From Candidatus Cloacimonadales bacterium (GTDB lineage: Bacteria > Cloacimonadota > Cloacimonadia > Cloacimonadales > DAONDQ01): 64,000 bases of DNA. Under the pieces are notes generated by a model. That model saw only the letters and a program-made list of their open reading frames with translations, was not told the origin of the DNA and ran no database searches. A program made the translations under genes and the position numbers. How positions within the stretch are numbered: position 1 is the stretch's first letter; each line of letters starts with the position of its first letter. Shown in pieces: positions 29,416 to 38,264 of the stretch. Location of the stretch: contig OY759316.1 of NCBI GenBank assembly GCA_963662275.1, positions 3,328,001 through 3,392,000 on the forward strand, given 5' to 3'.

Positions 29416-29468
29416 TGTACCAGGTCAAATCTTCCGATATCCAGCCGTTTATCTACTTCCAGTTTTAA
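29416..29468 (+). repeat. Direct repeat copy 2 (displaced MBOAT 3' end)
   Basis: Two differences from copy 1, both synonymous (CAA/CAG, TAT/TAC); degraded homology extends upstream to about 29395. Confidence 0.95.
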
Positions 29469-29474
29469 TATTAT

Positions 29475-29554
29475 CGTGGAACTCTTAATTTATTGCGTTA
29501 TCCCCGTGGAACGCTTAATTTGTTGCGTTATCCCCATGGAACTCTTAATTTATT
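29475..29554. repeat. 30-bp tandem repeat, about 2.7 copies
   Basis: CGTGGAACTCTTAATTTATTGCGTTATCCC units at 29475, 29505 and 29535. Confidence 0.85.
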
Positions 29555-29661
29555 AGGCTATGCTTTGACCGGAATGCTTCATTCATTGGCTTTGTGTTTG
29601 CCAGTTGAAATTGCATAGCCGTTTGAAAACAGCGTTCCGAGATTCCTAAAGAAATAACTAC

Positions 29662-32600
29662 CTATGCAAGCTCTTCTTTCTCGCTTTTATTGATTTCATC
29701 TAGAAACTCTAGCGATTCAATGGTTTTGGGATGTTGTTCACCAAGTTTTTCTCTGCGTATAGAGAGTGCCAGTTCATAATAATCCTTTGCCTGTTCATAA
29801 TTTTTCATATTTCGATAAGCATTGCCAATATTGAACAAGTTCAGAGCAACAACTGGATGCCTCTCTCCCAGTGTATCCTTGTTGATTGATAAAGCCTGGA
29901 ATAAATATTCCAGTGCTTTATCAAATTCAGCCCTATCCATATGAATACAACCAATATTGTTGAGGCTGCCAGTGATATTCGGGTGATGATTACCCAGGTT
30001 GTCCTTCAAGATTGACAATGCTTTCTGAGAATAATCAAGAGCTTGATCAAAAGCAGCTTTTTGATAGTAAACCATGCCAATACTGTTTAGGCTTAGAGCA
30101 GTGTTCAGATGATCGACACCCCAGATTTTCTGTTGTATGGAAAGCGCTTTTTGATGAAATTCAAAGGACTTATCAAAATTGCCTATTTTCTTAAAGTAAC
30201 TGCCAATATTATTATATGACACTGAAGTCTCCTGGTTCTCTTCTCCAAAAGCCTCAAGCCGAATAGATAACGCTTGCTGAAAATACTGATACGCTTTATC
30301 AAATATTCCCTTGTAATCATATGCAATACCAATGTTGTTTAAAATCTTAGCTGTTTCAGGGTGCCTCTCTCCATATACTTCCTGTCGAATTGCCAGTGAC
30401 TTCTGATAGTATTCCAGAGCTTTATCATATTCACCCATATTACAATAGACCGATCCTATATCATGATAACTTTCTGCTGTAGCGACATGCTTCTCACCTT
30501 GAAATTGCCTGTTTGAAAACAATGCAGACTCGTAATAGGATATACTGCTCTCAAAGTGAAATTGTCTCTTTTCATATTCACCGACTCTGTTGTAATATTG
30601 AACCGCTTTTTCCCATTCTCCGGCTTTATCAAAGTGTCTCGCCAGTTCCCCAAGCCTGGTGTTATCCTCAACATAGTGCTTTTCGATAATTTGTGCTGCA
30701 AGATAATGCAGTGATTTTATCTGTCTTTTTAGCTGCATTTCGTAGGCTGCTTCCCGTAGTAAGCTATGGCTGAAGATATATTTTATTTCGCTAATGGCAT
30801 TCCAGATATGTTCCTGTTCGCCTGCATGAAGTTGACTTTGAACGATGAGTTCATTGAGATATTCAGGACGTTGTTCGAGAGTTTCCAGCATCTCTTTGAG
30901 TATTTCCACAGCAAATTCACAACCGAGGACACTGGCTGTTTGCACAGTACGCTTGAGTTCAACTTCCAACCTATCCAAACGGGCTACCAGCAAAGATTGA
31001 ACTCCCATTGGTAATACTTCCGTCTGTTCCTTGAGTTGATAAAGTCCCTGAACGATATGCAATTTCCCGGATTCTTCCAGGTAACATACGAGTTGCTCAA
31101 CGAGGAAGGGATTTCCCTGAGAAATAGATAAGATATATTCAGTAAATTCCTCTCCAGGTGGAGTTTGTAGAATTTCTTCTATCAAAGCCATTACCTGCTG
31201 CTTGTTCAGACCATCCAGGTCAGTCGAGGTCGTATTCACATCCTTATCCAATTTAAGAACAGGTTTACTGCCGTCATCCAAAGGTCGGGATGTTAGAATG
31301 AATTTGAAAGGAACATTGTTAGCTCTCCTTGTAAGAATCGTGATAGTCTCTTCTGATTCTTTATCCAACCAATGCAAATCTTCAATGATTAGAACAACAG
31401 GTTTATCAAGCGTAAGCGTTTCCAATAAAGTTCTAAGGGCAAAACCCGTGACAGAAGATCGGTATTTAGGATCTAAATCAGCATAAATACTGCCTTCCCA
31501 TTCCAATCCTATCAGACCTGCAAGTACGGATTCAATCCTTTCAAGCTCTTTGATTAGACTTGGATACACAGCGAGAGATATGTTCCGTGTCTTTTCGATA
31601 AAACCAGCCCAATGAATTCGGAAATCTGTACGACGGGATTCAATGCTCCCCGTCAGTTCTGTAGTAAACAACTGTCTGATCCAATGAGCAAAAGGATTGA
31701 GAGGTGATCTGTGAATGGAATCGGTCTGCAGGAAAAAAGAACTGACTCTGTCGCCAAGTAGTTGTGTCAATTCAAAGACTAACCTGGATTTTCCTTGTCC
31801 TGCTGTACCATAGATGTAACTGACATGTGCAAATTGATGATCAAAAAGAAGATCGCAGGAGTTTGTTAAGTCTTTCAATTCCTGTTCCCTGCCGATAAAA
31901 CTACTCTGATAGTGCGAATGTGCTTTACTCTGTTCTCTTCCTAGCAACTTGTAGGTTCTGATTGGGTTCGGATAACCTTTCAAACTGATTTCTCCTAAAT
32001 CAGCGAAAGCAAAATCATTCTTCAAGGCAGCTTGTATTGGATGATCACACCAGATTTCACCCCAATCCGCTTTTAACATATATCTGGCAGATAAGTTTAC
32101 TGTCATCCCAATACCTGTGTAAACACTCCTGCTTCTTGAGCCAATAAAACCTGCAAAAGCCATCCCCTGGGTCAAGCCAATCCGGGCTTGTTCTCTGAAA
32201 GAACCTTGTAATTCAAAGGCAAAATTCATCGCTCTTTGCTGGATTCTCTCGTAATTCAAGGGAGCACCAAACATAATATAAGCCACCCATCCTTTGTCGG
32301 TGCAATCTATGTGGCTGAAGTATCCTCCATATTTTTGAACTGCATTGAGAATCACTAAGACCTGCTCCTCCGTAGGACTTTCCAGATTGATGAAGCAGGA
32401 AAGTACTTCACGGAATTCACCCTCTGAAGTGAGTCCTGTTACTGATTCTGGAAGGAAATCTGAATAGGAATGAACAATATCTTCTTTTGCACTACCAGCA
32501 CTGATTGTATATTTATCTAATCGATACAGCTTGATAGCGCTGTCAGGTTGAACTTCCTGATTTGTATGAAAAGGAATCTTGGTGAATTGGCTTTGGCTGT

Positions 32601-33126
32601 TTTTCTCATCGACTGTAAAAGTAGTGGTAACTTCATTCGTTTGTGATGTAGACTGAGCAATCACTGCCTGTATTATTCCTTCTCCGCTAAACCAAAATGC
32701 AGACTGACTCTCGCTCTGCACAATCTTCCATTCAACTTTTCCGTAAGCAACACCAATTCTTGAAGCTATTTCAAATTCTCCATATTGGGTTATTTGTTTA
32801 CCCTGTATTTTGATTGAATCCCTTACTTCCATTGCTGCTGATAGCACAGCAGTAATACCATCATTGGGGAATATGACGGTAAAAGCATCACCGGCAAAAC
32901 CTGCAATAAATCCACCTCGGCTATGTACAGCTTGGATTGCTGGTGAAAAAACAGCATTGATTGTATCTGTGAGAATCTCAACCCCGGCATGAGAATGACT
33001 CATGAGTTCTTGTGTCAGGAAAGTGAACCCAATCAAATCAACGCTTATCACATAAGCATCGAATATACCACTGAACTTATGCTGTTTATAATTGGAAATA
33101 ATAAATTCAGGAATCAGGACTCGCAT
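29662..33126 (-). CDS. Tandem class III nucleotide cyclase + STAND/AAA ATPase + TPR protein (soluble adenylyl cyclase-like architecture)
   Basis: C1 VDLIGFT..FAGDAF; C2 DKG..FGAP..GMTVNLSAR; Walker A GTAGQGKS; Walker B IIEDLHW; GNPFLVEQ; about 7 42-aa TPRs with G..HP. Confidence 0.9.
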   Translation of the reverse strand: MRVLIPEFIISNYKQHKFSGIFDAYVISVDLIGFTFLTQELMSHSHAGVEILTDTINAVFSPAIQAVHSRGGFIAGFAGDAFTVIFPNDGITAVLSAAMEVRDSIKIQGKQITQYGEFEIASRIGVAYGKVEWKIVQSESQSAFWFSGEGIIQAVIAQSTSQTNEVTTTFTVDEKNSQSQFTKIPFHTNQEVQPDSAIKLYRLDKYTISAGSAKEDIVHSYSDFLPESVTGLTSEGEFREVLSCFINLESPTEEQVLVILNAVQKYGGYFSHIDCTDKGWVAYIMFGAPLNYERIQQRAMNFAFELQGSFREQARIGLTQGMAFAGFIGSRSRSVYTGIGMTVNLSARYMLKADWGEIWCDHPIQAALKNDFAFADLGEISLKGYPNPIRTYKLLGREQSKAHSHYQSSFIGREQELKDLTNSCDLLFDHQFAHVSYIYGTAGQGKSRLVFELTQLLGDRVSSFFLQTDSIHRSPLNPFAHWIRQLFTTELTGSIESRRTDFRIHWAGFIEKTRNISLAVYPSLIKELERIESVLAGLIGLEWEGSIYADLDPKYRSSVTGFALRTLLETLTLDKPVVLIIEDLHWLDKESEETITILTRRANNVPFKFILTSRPLDDGSKPVLKLDKDVNTTSTDLDGLNKQQVMALIEEILQTPPGEEFTEYILSISQGNPFLVEQLVCYLEESGKLHIVQGLYQLKEQTEVLPMGVQSLLVARLDRLEVELKRTVQTASVLGCEFAVEILKEMLETLEQRPEYLNELIVQSQLHAGEQEHIWNAISEIKYIFSHSLLREAAYEMQLKRQIKSLHYLAAQIIEKHYVEDNTRLGELARHFDKAGEWEKAVQYYNRVGEYEKRQFHFESSISYYESALFSNRQFQGEKHVATAESYHDIGSVYCNMGEYDKALEYYQKSLAIRQEVYGERHPETAKILNNIGIAYDYKGIFDKAYQYFQQALSIRLEAFGEENQETSVSYNNIGSYFKKIGNFDKSFEFHQKALSIQQKIWGVDHLNTALSLNSIGMVYYQKAAFDQALDYSQKALSILKDNLGNHHPNITGSLNNIGCIHMDRAEFDKALEYLFQALSINKDTLGERHPVVALNLFNIGNAYRNMKNYEQAKDYYELALSIRREKLGEQHPKTIESLEFLDEINKSEKEELA

Positions 33127-33327
33127 GAGAACCTCCCCAAATGAGATATAATATTATCAATCCACAATATATATCCCGTCAAGAAAAAATAATATACTTT
33201 ATTCCTTTGATGAGTCCCCCTACCTTTCATTATCAATTATCATCGTAACTTGCATATTTCCTTTATAATTTCATGAAAGGCATCCAATTTCGAGTTGAAT
33301 GAAATGGGGTATAATTACTATACAACA

Positions 33328-33392
33328 ACGGTACCACTACGGTTTTTTACCGTAATGGTACCGTATTGCTACCGTATTGCTACCGTAATGCT
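33328..33392. repeat. 11-bp direct repeats (four ACCGTA(A/T)TG(C/G)T) preceded by two inverted ACGGT half-sites
   Basis: Units at 33349, 33360, 33371 and 33382; ACGGT at 33328 and 33339. Confidence 0.8.
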
Positions 33393-33570
33393 CATATGTT
33401 GCAAAGAGAGTAAAAAGGGGACTATTATTAGTTACGTTCCGAAAATTTTTCTTCTCTCTCTTTTCTACCCTAGTCTCTGGTCTCTAACACTTTCACCTAA
33501 ATATTTAAGTGAGTGAGCTTTTTGCCAAAATCAAGGGAGCATTTGTAAAAAAGCTGGAATTTCTTCAAAA

Positions 33571-33792
33571 TTCCCGTAGGGAAGAAACATATTAACACTG
33601 GATTTTAATCCGGTGATACGACCCTCGAAGACTCGAAGTCCCATCGGGATGACATATGAACTATCTAATGCCTGACTGGCTTGCTGTCATTACTCATCTG
33701 CCTTTTGCACCTAACTACTCTGCTTGTAGCTTTAGGTCACATATCGCCGGATTGAAATCCGAGCGTTATTATCTATCGTCCGAATCGGACTG
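33571..33792. repeat. Degenerate multi-hairpin REP/MITE-like element
   Basis: TTCCCGTAGGGAA, CACTGGATTTTAATCCGGTG, GTCCCATCGGGAT, CGGATTGAAATCCG, GTCCGAATCGGAC. Confidence 0.55.
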
Positions 33793-33862
33793 CCTTTGTT
33801 CTTGACATATATCAATTCAAATAAATACATTACATATAAAAATTTGTGATAGGAAGGGATAA

Positions 33863-34810
33863 ATGGCTGCTGAAGTAGCTAAAAATATCATACCGGAAAG
33901 GCTTTTTGATACGATCAAGTCTAATATAGATACAGGAAAATTCTTAGAGCAACTAATGAAAAGCCACTATGTTAATCCAAATGGTCAATTGTGGCATGGT
34001 GATTCAATGATCTGGTTAAACTCGATTCCAGATAACTCCATCGATATGGTCTTTGCTGATCCCCCATACAATATCAAAAAAGCGGAATGGGACATGTTTC
34101 CCAGCACGAATGCTTACATATATTGGTGTATGGAATGGATAGAACAGGTTCACAGAATATTGAAGCCCAATGGAACATTCTATGTTTGTGGTTTTTCAGA
34201 AATCATTGCTGAGTTGGTTGCACCGAGTATGAAGTATTTCTCAGGATTAAAGTGGCTCATTTGGCATTACAAGAACAAAGCGAATTTGGGTAAGGATTGG
34301 GGGCGCAGCCATGAAAGTATCCTCCATTTCAGGAAAAGCAGTGACTTTACAATCAATATTGATGATGTCAGAATTCCTTACCATAATCATACATTAAAAT
34401 ATCCCGAGCATCCCCAGGCGGATTCAAGTCAATACTCCAATAATGGGAAAAAGCATGACTGGACACCTCATCCTGATGGTGCTAAAGCTAAAGATGTCAT
34501 AGAAATACCCACTACATGCAACGGTATGAATGAAAAAACACCTCATCCTACTCAAAAACCAGAAGAACTTCTCAGAAAGTTGATATTAGTTTCCACGAAT
34601 CCAGGTGATATCGTATTAGATCCATTTATTGGCTCAGGTACTACCGCTGTTTGTTCTGAACAGTTACAACGCAAATGGTTGGGATGCGATTCAAATGAAG
34701 AATACCTCAATTGGGCAGTAAACAGAATTGAAAATGTGGTTCTAAAGTCAATTGAGGAATGGATTGAGATGGATAGGAAAACTCAGAAAAGAAGGATGTC
34801 AATTCGATGA
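33863..34810 (+). CDS. Site-specific DNA amino-methyltransferase (N6A/N4C, beta class)
   Basis: Catalytic FADPPY precedes HPTQKP and SAM-binding VLDPFIGSGTT. Confidence 0.93.
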   Translation: MAAEVAKNIIPERLFDTIKSNIDTGKFLEQLMKSHYVNPNGQLWHGDSMIWLNSIPDNSIDMVFADPPYNIKKAEWDMFPSTNAYIYWCMEWIEQVHRILKPNGTFYVCGFSEIIAELVAPSMKYFSGLKWLIWHYKNKANLGKDWGRSHESILHFRKSSDFTINIDDVRIPYHNHTLKYPEHPQADSSQYSNNGKKHDWTPHPDGAKAKDVIEIPTTCNGMNEKTPHPTQKPEELLRKLILVSTNPGDIVLDPFIGSGTTAVCSEQLQRKWLGCDSNEEYLNWAVNRIENVVLKSIEEWIEMDRKTQKRRMSIR

Positions 34811-35712
34811 AAATAGCAAAATTAAGGGAATGGGTAACGGATAACTCCAAATTTAACACAATTGATGAATACATACAGTTCTGTCAGTACTATTTAGATT
34901 ATATTTCGGATCAAAGCAATCTTCAAGCGAAAATAATTGCCCAGAATGAGCATCAGTATTTCTTTTATCAATATAACAAAGATGGGAATTATCAAATTAC
35001 TAGACCTCTCAATTCTGAGTTGTTTCTAGATAGAGATAATTTCGAGAAGAGTTTGAAGCTTTTCAAAGAAATCACTACTAATTTTGTAGAATATCAACCT
35101 ACGATCGAAGGAAGACAATGTATCAATAATGTAATCTATACAATTCAACAGACATTAGGTGCTACATTGGATGCACTTCCTGCTGGCAAGTCAAATCAAG
35201 CTCGTAAAGTCAATGGTACTCTCTTTGAAAAGCTGATTGTCATATTCTTCAACTCATTACATATTACTGCTAAAGCTGAAAACTTGGGAATCCCTGTTAT
35301 CCATAACAACGAAATCCTTTTTACCATGAAGTATCAGCATGATCTGGTTGTACGAAATGGTATAGGTGATGTCAAAGTGATCGGAGCTGTGAAAACAACG
35401 AGTAAAGATAGGATAGATAAAGTATTTATCGATAAATTATTGTACTCCAGATTAACTTCGACTGAGATATATCACATTGCTATCATTCTCAATGATATCC
35501 AACGCAAGAAAACCAAAGATATTACCAAATTTGGTATCAGTTCAACCTTCCTGCCTGGTAGATTCAAAGGCTATATGATAAAACTGTGCCCTCTTGATGG
35601 CGTTTATTACTTCGATATCAGAAAAGCCATGCAGACCGATAAACAATTGAAAGAAATGATCCAGACTTTTGACAGGCTTGTATTCGATGATATGAAGAAG
35701 TTTGTGAAGTAA
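34807..35712 (+). CDS. Putative type II restriction endonuclease (PD-(D/E)xK, EcoRII/CCGG-family-like)
   Basis: ATGA overlap with the MTase; RKVNGTLFEK, QHDL, AVKTTSKDR resembles EcoRII-type KTTxKDR. Confidence 0.7.
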   Translation: MKIAKLREWVTDNSKFNTIDEYIQFCQYYLDYISDQSNLQAKIIAQNEHQYFFYQYNKDGNYQITRPLNSELFLDRDNFEKSLKLFKEITTNFVEYQPTIEGRQCINNVIYTIQQTLGATLDALPAGKSNQARKVNGTLFEKLIVIFFNSLHITAKAENLGIPVIHNNEILFTMKYQHDLVVRNGIGDVKVIGAVKTTSKDRIDKVFIDKLLYSRLTSTEIYHIAIILNDIQRKKTKDITKFGISSTFLPGRFKGYMIKLCPLDGVYYFDIRKAMQTDKQLKEMIQTFDRLVFDDMKKFVK

Positions 35713-35910
35713 GTGTTTTGATACTTGGCAATATGAGCATAATTTCTGGGTTTCTGAAGATGGCTTGTGAAAGAATCAGATCAACGGGATTATAGCTACG
35801 ATATTATAATATCAACTTTCGTTATTACGCTATTTCAAGAATATAAATTGACGAAAGCTGCATGTAGCTTTAATTTGTATGTATAACGTTTACAGCAACT
35901 TGGAGTAATC

Positions 35911-36243
35911 ATAAAAACACATTAGACAGAGAATATACATATTTCAAAGCTCATTTGGATGAATTCATTAAAGAGCATACGAACGAGTTTGTAGTTATTG
36001 CTGGTGAAAGTGTGTTAGGTTTTTATCCCAGTTTAACAGCAGCATTAAAAGAAACTGTCAAAACTCATGAACCGGGTTCATTTTTTGTTGAGCTGTGTAC
36101 ACCTGATAAAGACTATTACAATACTGTATTGATAAATTGGACAGTTGCATAGCATGAACGCGTTTACCATACCCTATGGTAAAAGATTACTCAAGGTACT
36201 CTTAATAAAAGGAAATAATCTCTGTAGTTACTCTATACTCTAA
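35911..36243 (+). pseudogene. Small DUF5678-like gene with a damaged start codon plus a truncated partner ORF
   Basis: GGAG-N5-AT[G missing]AAA AAC ACA TTA GAC AGA GAA continues in frame into the 35955-36152 ORF (..EFVVIAGESVLGFY..); the next ORF MNAFTIPYG stops after 29 codons. Confidence 0.45.
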
Positions 36244-36486
36244 GTCTCATCCACATACATTGTAAACAAATCAGCCTATTTATATACAGGAATCAATGAA
36301 TTTCTATTTATTTTATTCCATGGTTATAATAGTGCCTAATTTACTAAATTAGCTTACTTGTTGGTTTTAAACTTAACTGAAAACTGGTTGTCGCAACCGA
36401 CAATGAAAGGAGTGAAGAATTCCTACTCACCACATGCCAAATCGGAGTTTGGAATACTAGCTTTCATGTAATGTCCACAGTAGTAA

Positions 36487-36537
36487 AATCAAACTCTCCC
36501 TTAATCCCTCCCTTTGTCCAAAGGGAGTGAAATCAGA
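36487..36537. repeat. CCCTCCC..GGGAG palindromic repeat family copy
   Basis: 47/51 identical to 63782-63832. Confidence 0.85.
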
Positions 36538-36611
36538 CAGGACGCGGGTTAACCATTCCTCTCTTTGGATAGAGAGAGATGAAAAACGAGAAACTGTTCT
36601 TCTTTTCTACA

Positions 36612-38018
36612 CTATTTTATCAATATCATAGAATTGGTTTTAGTGTAATGCTCTGTTTGCATTTTATAGAAATACATACTAGAACCACAGTTATTATGTT
36701 GATCATCTTTACCATTCCAAACAACACTATGTCTGCCGGAAGCCAGGTTTTCATTCACTAATGTAGTAACTTTTTGACCTTTGAGGTTGTAGATTTCGAT
36801 GGAAACGTTAGCGTTATTCCTGATCTCAAAGGAGATGGTCGTGGCTGGGTTGAACGGATTTGGATAGGCATGATAAAGAGTTGCTGAATACGCAGGCTGA
36901 TTTGCTGTGAGATCATCATTTGCCACGGTAGTTTGCCAGCGAAGCGTAGGGTAATGGTCGTTTAAACCGGTAAGCATATTCCAAATCGTGTTAAAATCCC
37001 AACCTGCATACGTAAACATGTTAAGCATTTCAACTGTGGTTTTACCAGTGGTTACACCGGCAGAGTTTACAGCACCAGAAGTATCCGTATCCCAATAAGT
37101 ATCACTCATGAGATGCATATCATCTGCATCATAAACCCCACAGAATCCTTTATCAGGAATGATAATGCCGCTATCTTTTACCCAGCCTGTGGAATAGCAT
37201 TTATTCATGGTTGCCCTAAAGTTATAAGCAACAAAACCACCGAAAACGACATCAGTTCCACTGGAACGGGTTACATTACTGCGACTGTAACAATTGGAAA
37301 TTATGCCATAATAATTCGTACCTACAAAACCACCTGCATTGCTTGCACCTGTAACAGCACCAGTACAATAACAATTGTTGATGGTGGAAGCTGATTGATT
37401 ATATCCAACAAACCCACCAACACCGCCTGCTCCTATCACTGTGCAAGTACTATAACAGTTGGAGATGATGCCATAATCAGCAATTCCGATAAGTCCACCG
37501 CAATTAAGACTAAAACCGTGTACTGTGCCCGTACTATAGCAATTTGTGATGGTTGTTTGATTAACCCATCCTACAAGTCCACCGACATCGACACCTCCAC
37601 TTATATTGACATTCGTGACACCGAGATTTGAGATCACAGCACCCGAACCGGTACGCCCGAATAGTCCTATATAGTCCATACTTGGCTGATTACATGTTAA
37701 ATTTGAAATGCTATGTCCTTGCCCGTTGTAAGTACCTTTGAATTTCGTGACCAGGTCACCTATCGTAGTCCAGCCTGTATAACCACCTGTACCATTAGGA
37801 AACCAAGTAGAAGTAGCGGAAGCATTAATACCTGCAGTTTGCACGTAGTTGTTTTCCCATCTTGTATTATCAACAGCTATCCAGTACAAGTTCTCCAAAG
37901 ATGTGATCTGATATGGATTCGCAGCAGTTCCATCACCGGTTGCAGGTGCAACAGGAGTTTGAGCCAATAAATAAATTGATATCGCCATTAACAATAATGT
38001 GATCGTGATTTTTTTCAT
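36612..38018 (-). CDS. Secreted GLUG-repeat protein with FlgD-Ig/T9SS-type CTD
   Basis: Signal peptide, GDGTAANPYQI, repeated GGLVG/GGFVG..I.NCYSTG.V, YPNPFNP..TNSMILIK. Confidence 0.88.
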   Translation of the reverse strand: MKKITITLLLMAISIYLLAQTPVAPATGDGTAANPYQITSLENLYWIAVDNTRWENNYVQTAGINASATSTWFPNGTGGYTGWTTIGDLVTKFKGTYNGQGHSISNLTCNQPSMDYIGLFGRTGSGAVISNLGVTNVNISGGVDVGGLVGWVNQTTITNCYSTGTVHGFSLNCGGLIGIADYGIISNCYSTCTVIGAGGVGGFVGYNQSASTINNCYCTGAVTGASNAGGFVGTNYYGIISNCYSRSNVTRSSGTDVVFGGFVAYNFRATMNKCYSTGWVKDSGIIIPDKGFCGVYDADDMHLMSDTYWDTDTSGAVNSAGVTTGKTTVEMLNMFTYAGWDFNTIWNMLTGLNDHYPTLRWQTTVANDDLTANQPAYSATLYHAYPNPFNPATTISFEIRNNANVSIEIYNLKGQKVTTLVNENLASGRHSVVWNGKDDQHNNCGSSMYFYKMQTEHYTKTNSMILIK

Positions 38019-38216
38019 AGAATTCTCCTTCTTTAGATTTTTAATTATTCTTACTCGTATAACTTTCTAGTATAAAAAAATTGAATAATCTCATCAATTT
38101 CTCTATTAGTCAAATTTTAGGGAAGGCGATTATTAAGTCAATGTTTTATACCTATGAAGTACTGCAGAAAATGAATAGCTCTATTTGTTGTTGGTATCCT
38201 TACGGTCTGATTTATG

Positions 38217-38248
38217 AAAAAAGGCAGTCTTACGACTGCCTTTTTTTT
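38217..38248. terminator. Intrinsic terminator, bidirectional
   Basis: AAAAAAGGCAGTC-TTAC-GACTGCCTTTTTTTT. Confidence 0.85.
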
Positions 38249-38264
38249 ATTTAGAGAATGAGAA

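Larger units (their letters stand above)
20976..29468. mobile_element. Putative phosphate-acquisition island bounded by a duplication of the MBOAT 3' end
   Basis: Self-contained pho/pst module lying between the two 53-bp direct repeats; no integrase seen. Confidence 0.55.

Noticed and set aside
29416..29468. DGR template/variable repeat pair with the MBOAT 3' end
   Set aside because: Only two differences, not adenine-specific on one strand, and no reverse transcriptase in the window
29415..29468. Stand-alone DltX-like acyl-shuttle micropeptide (TTG-YQVKSSDIQPFIYFQF)
   Set aside because: In-frame stop at 29391, GGAG only 2 nt from the TTG, no TM helix, and the upstream homology is frameshifted; better explained as a gene remnant
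33295..33516. 73-aa ORF
   Set aside because: Runs through the 11-bp and heptamer repeats; weak start and no motif
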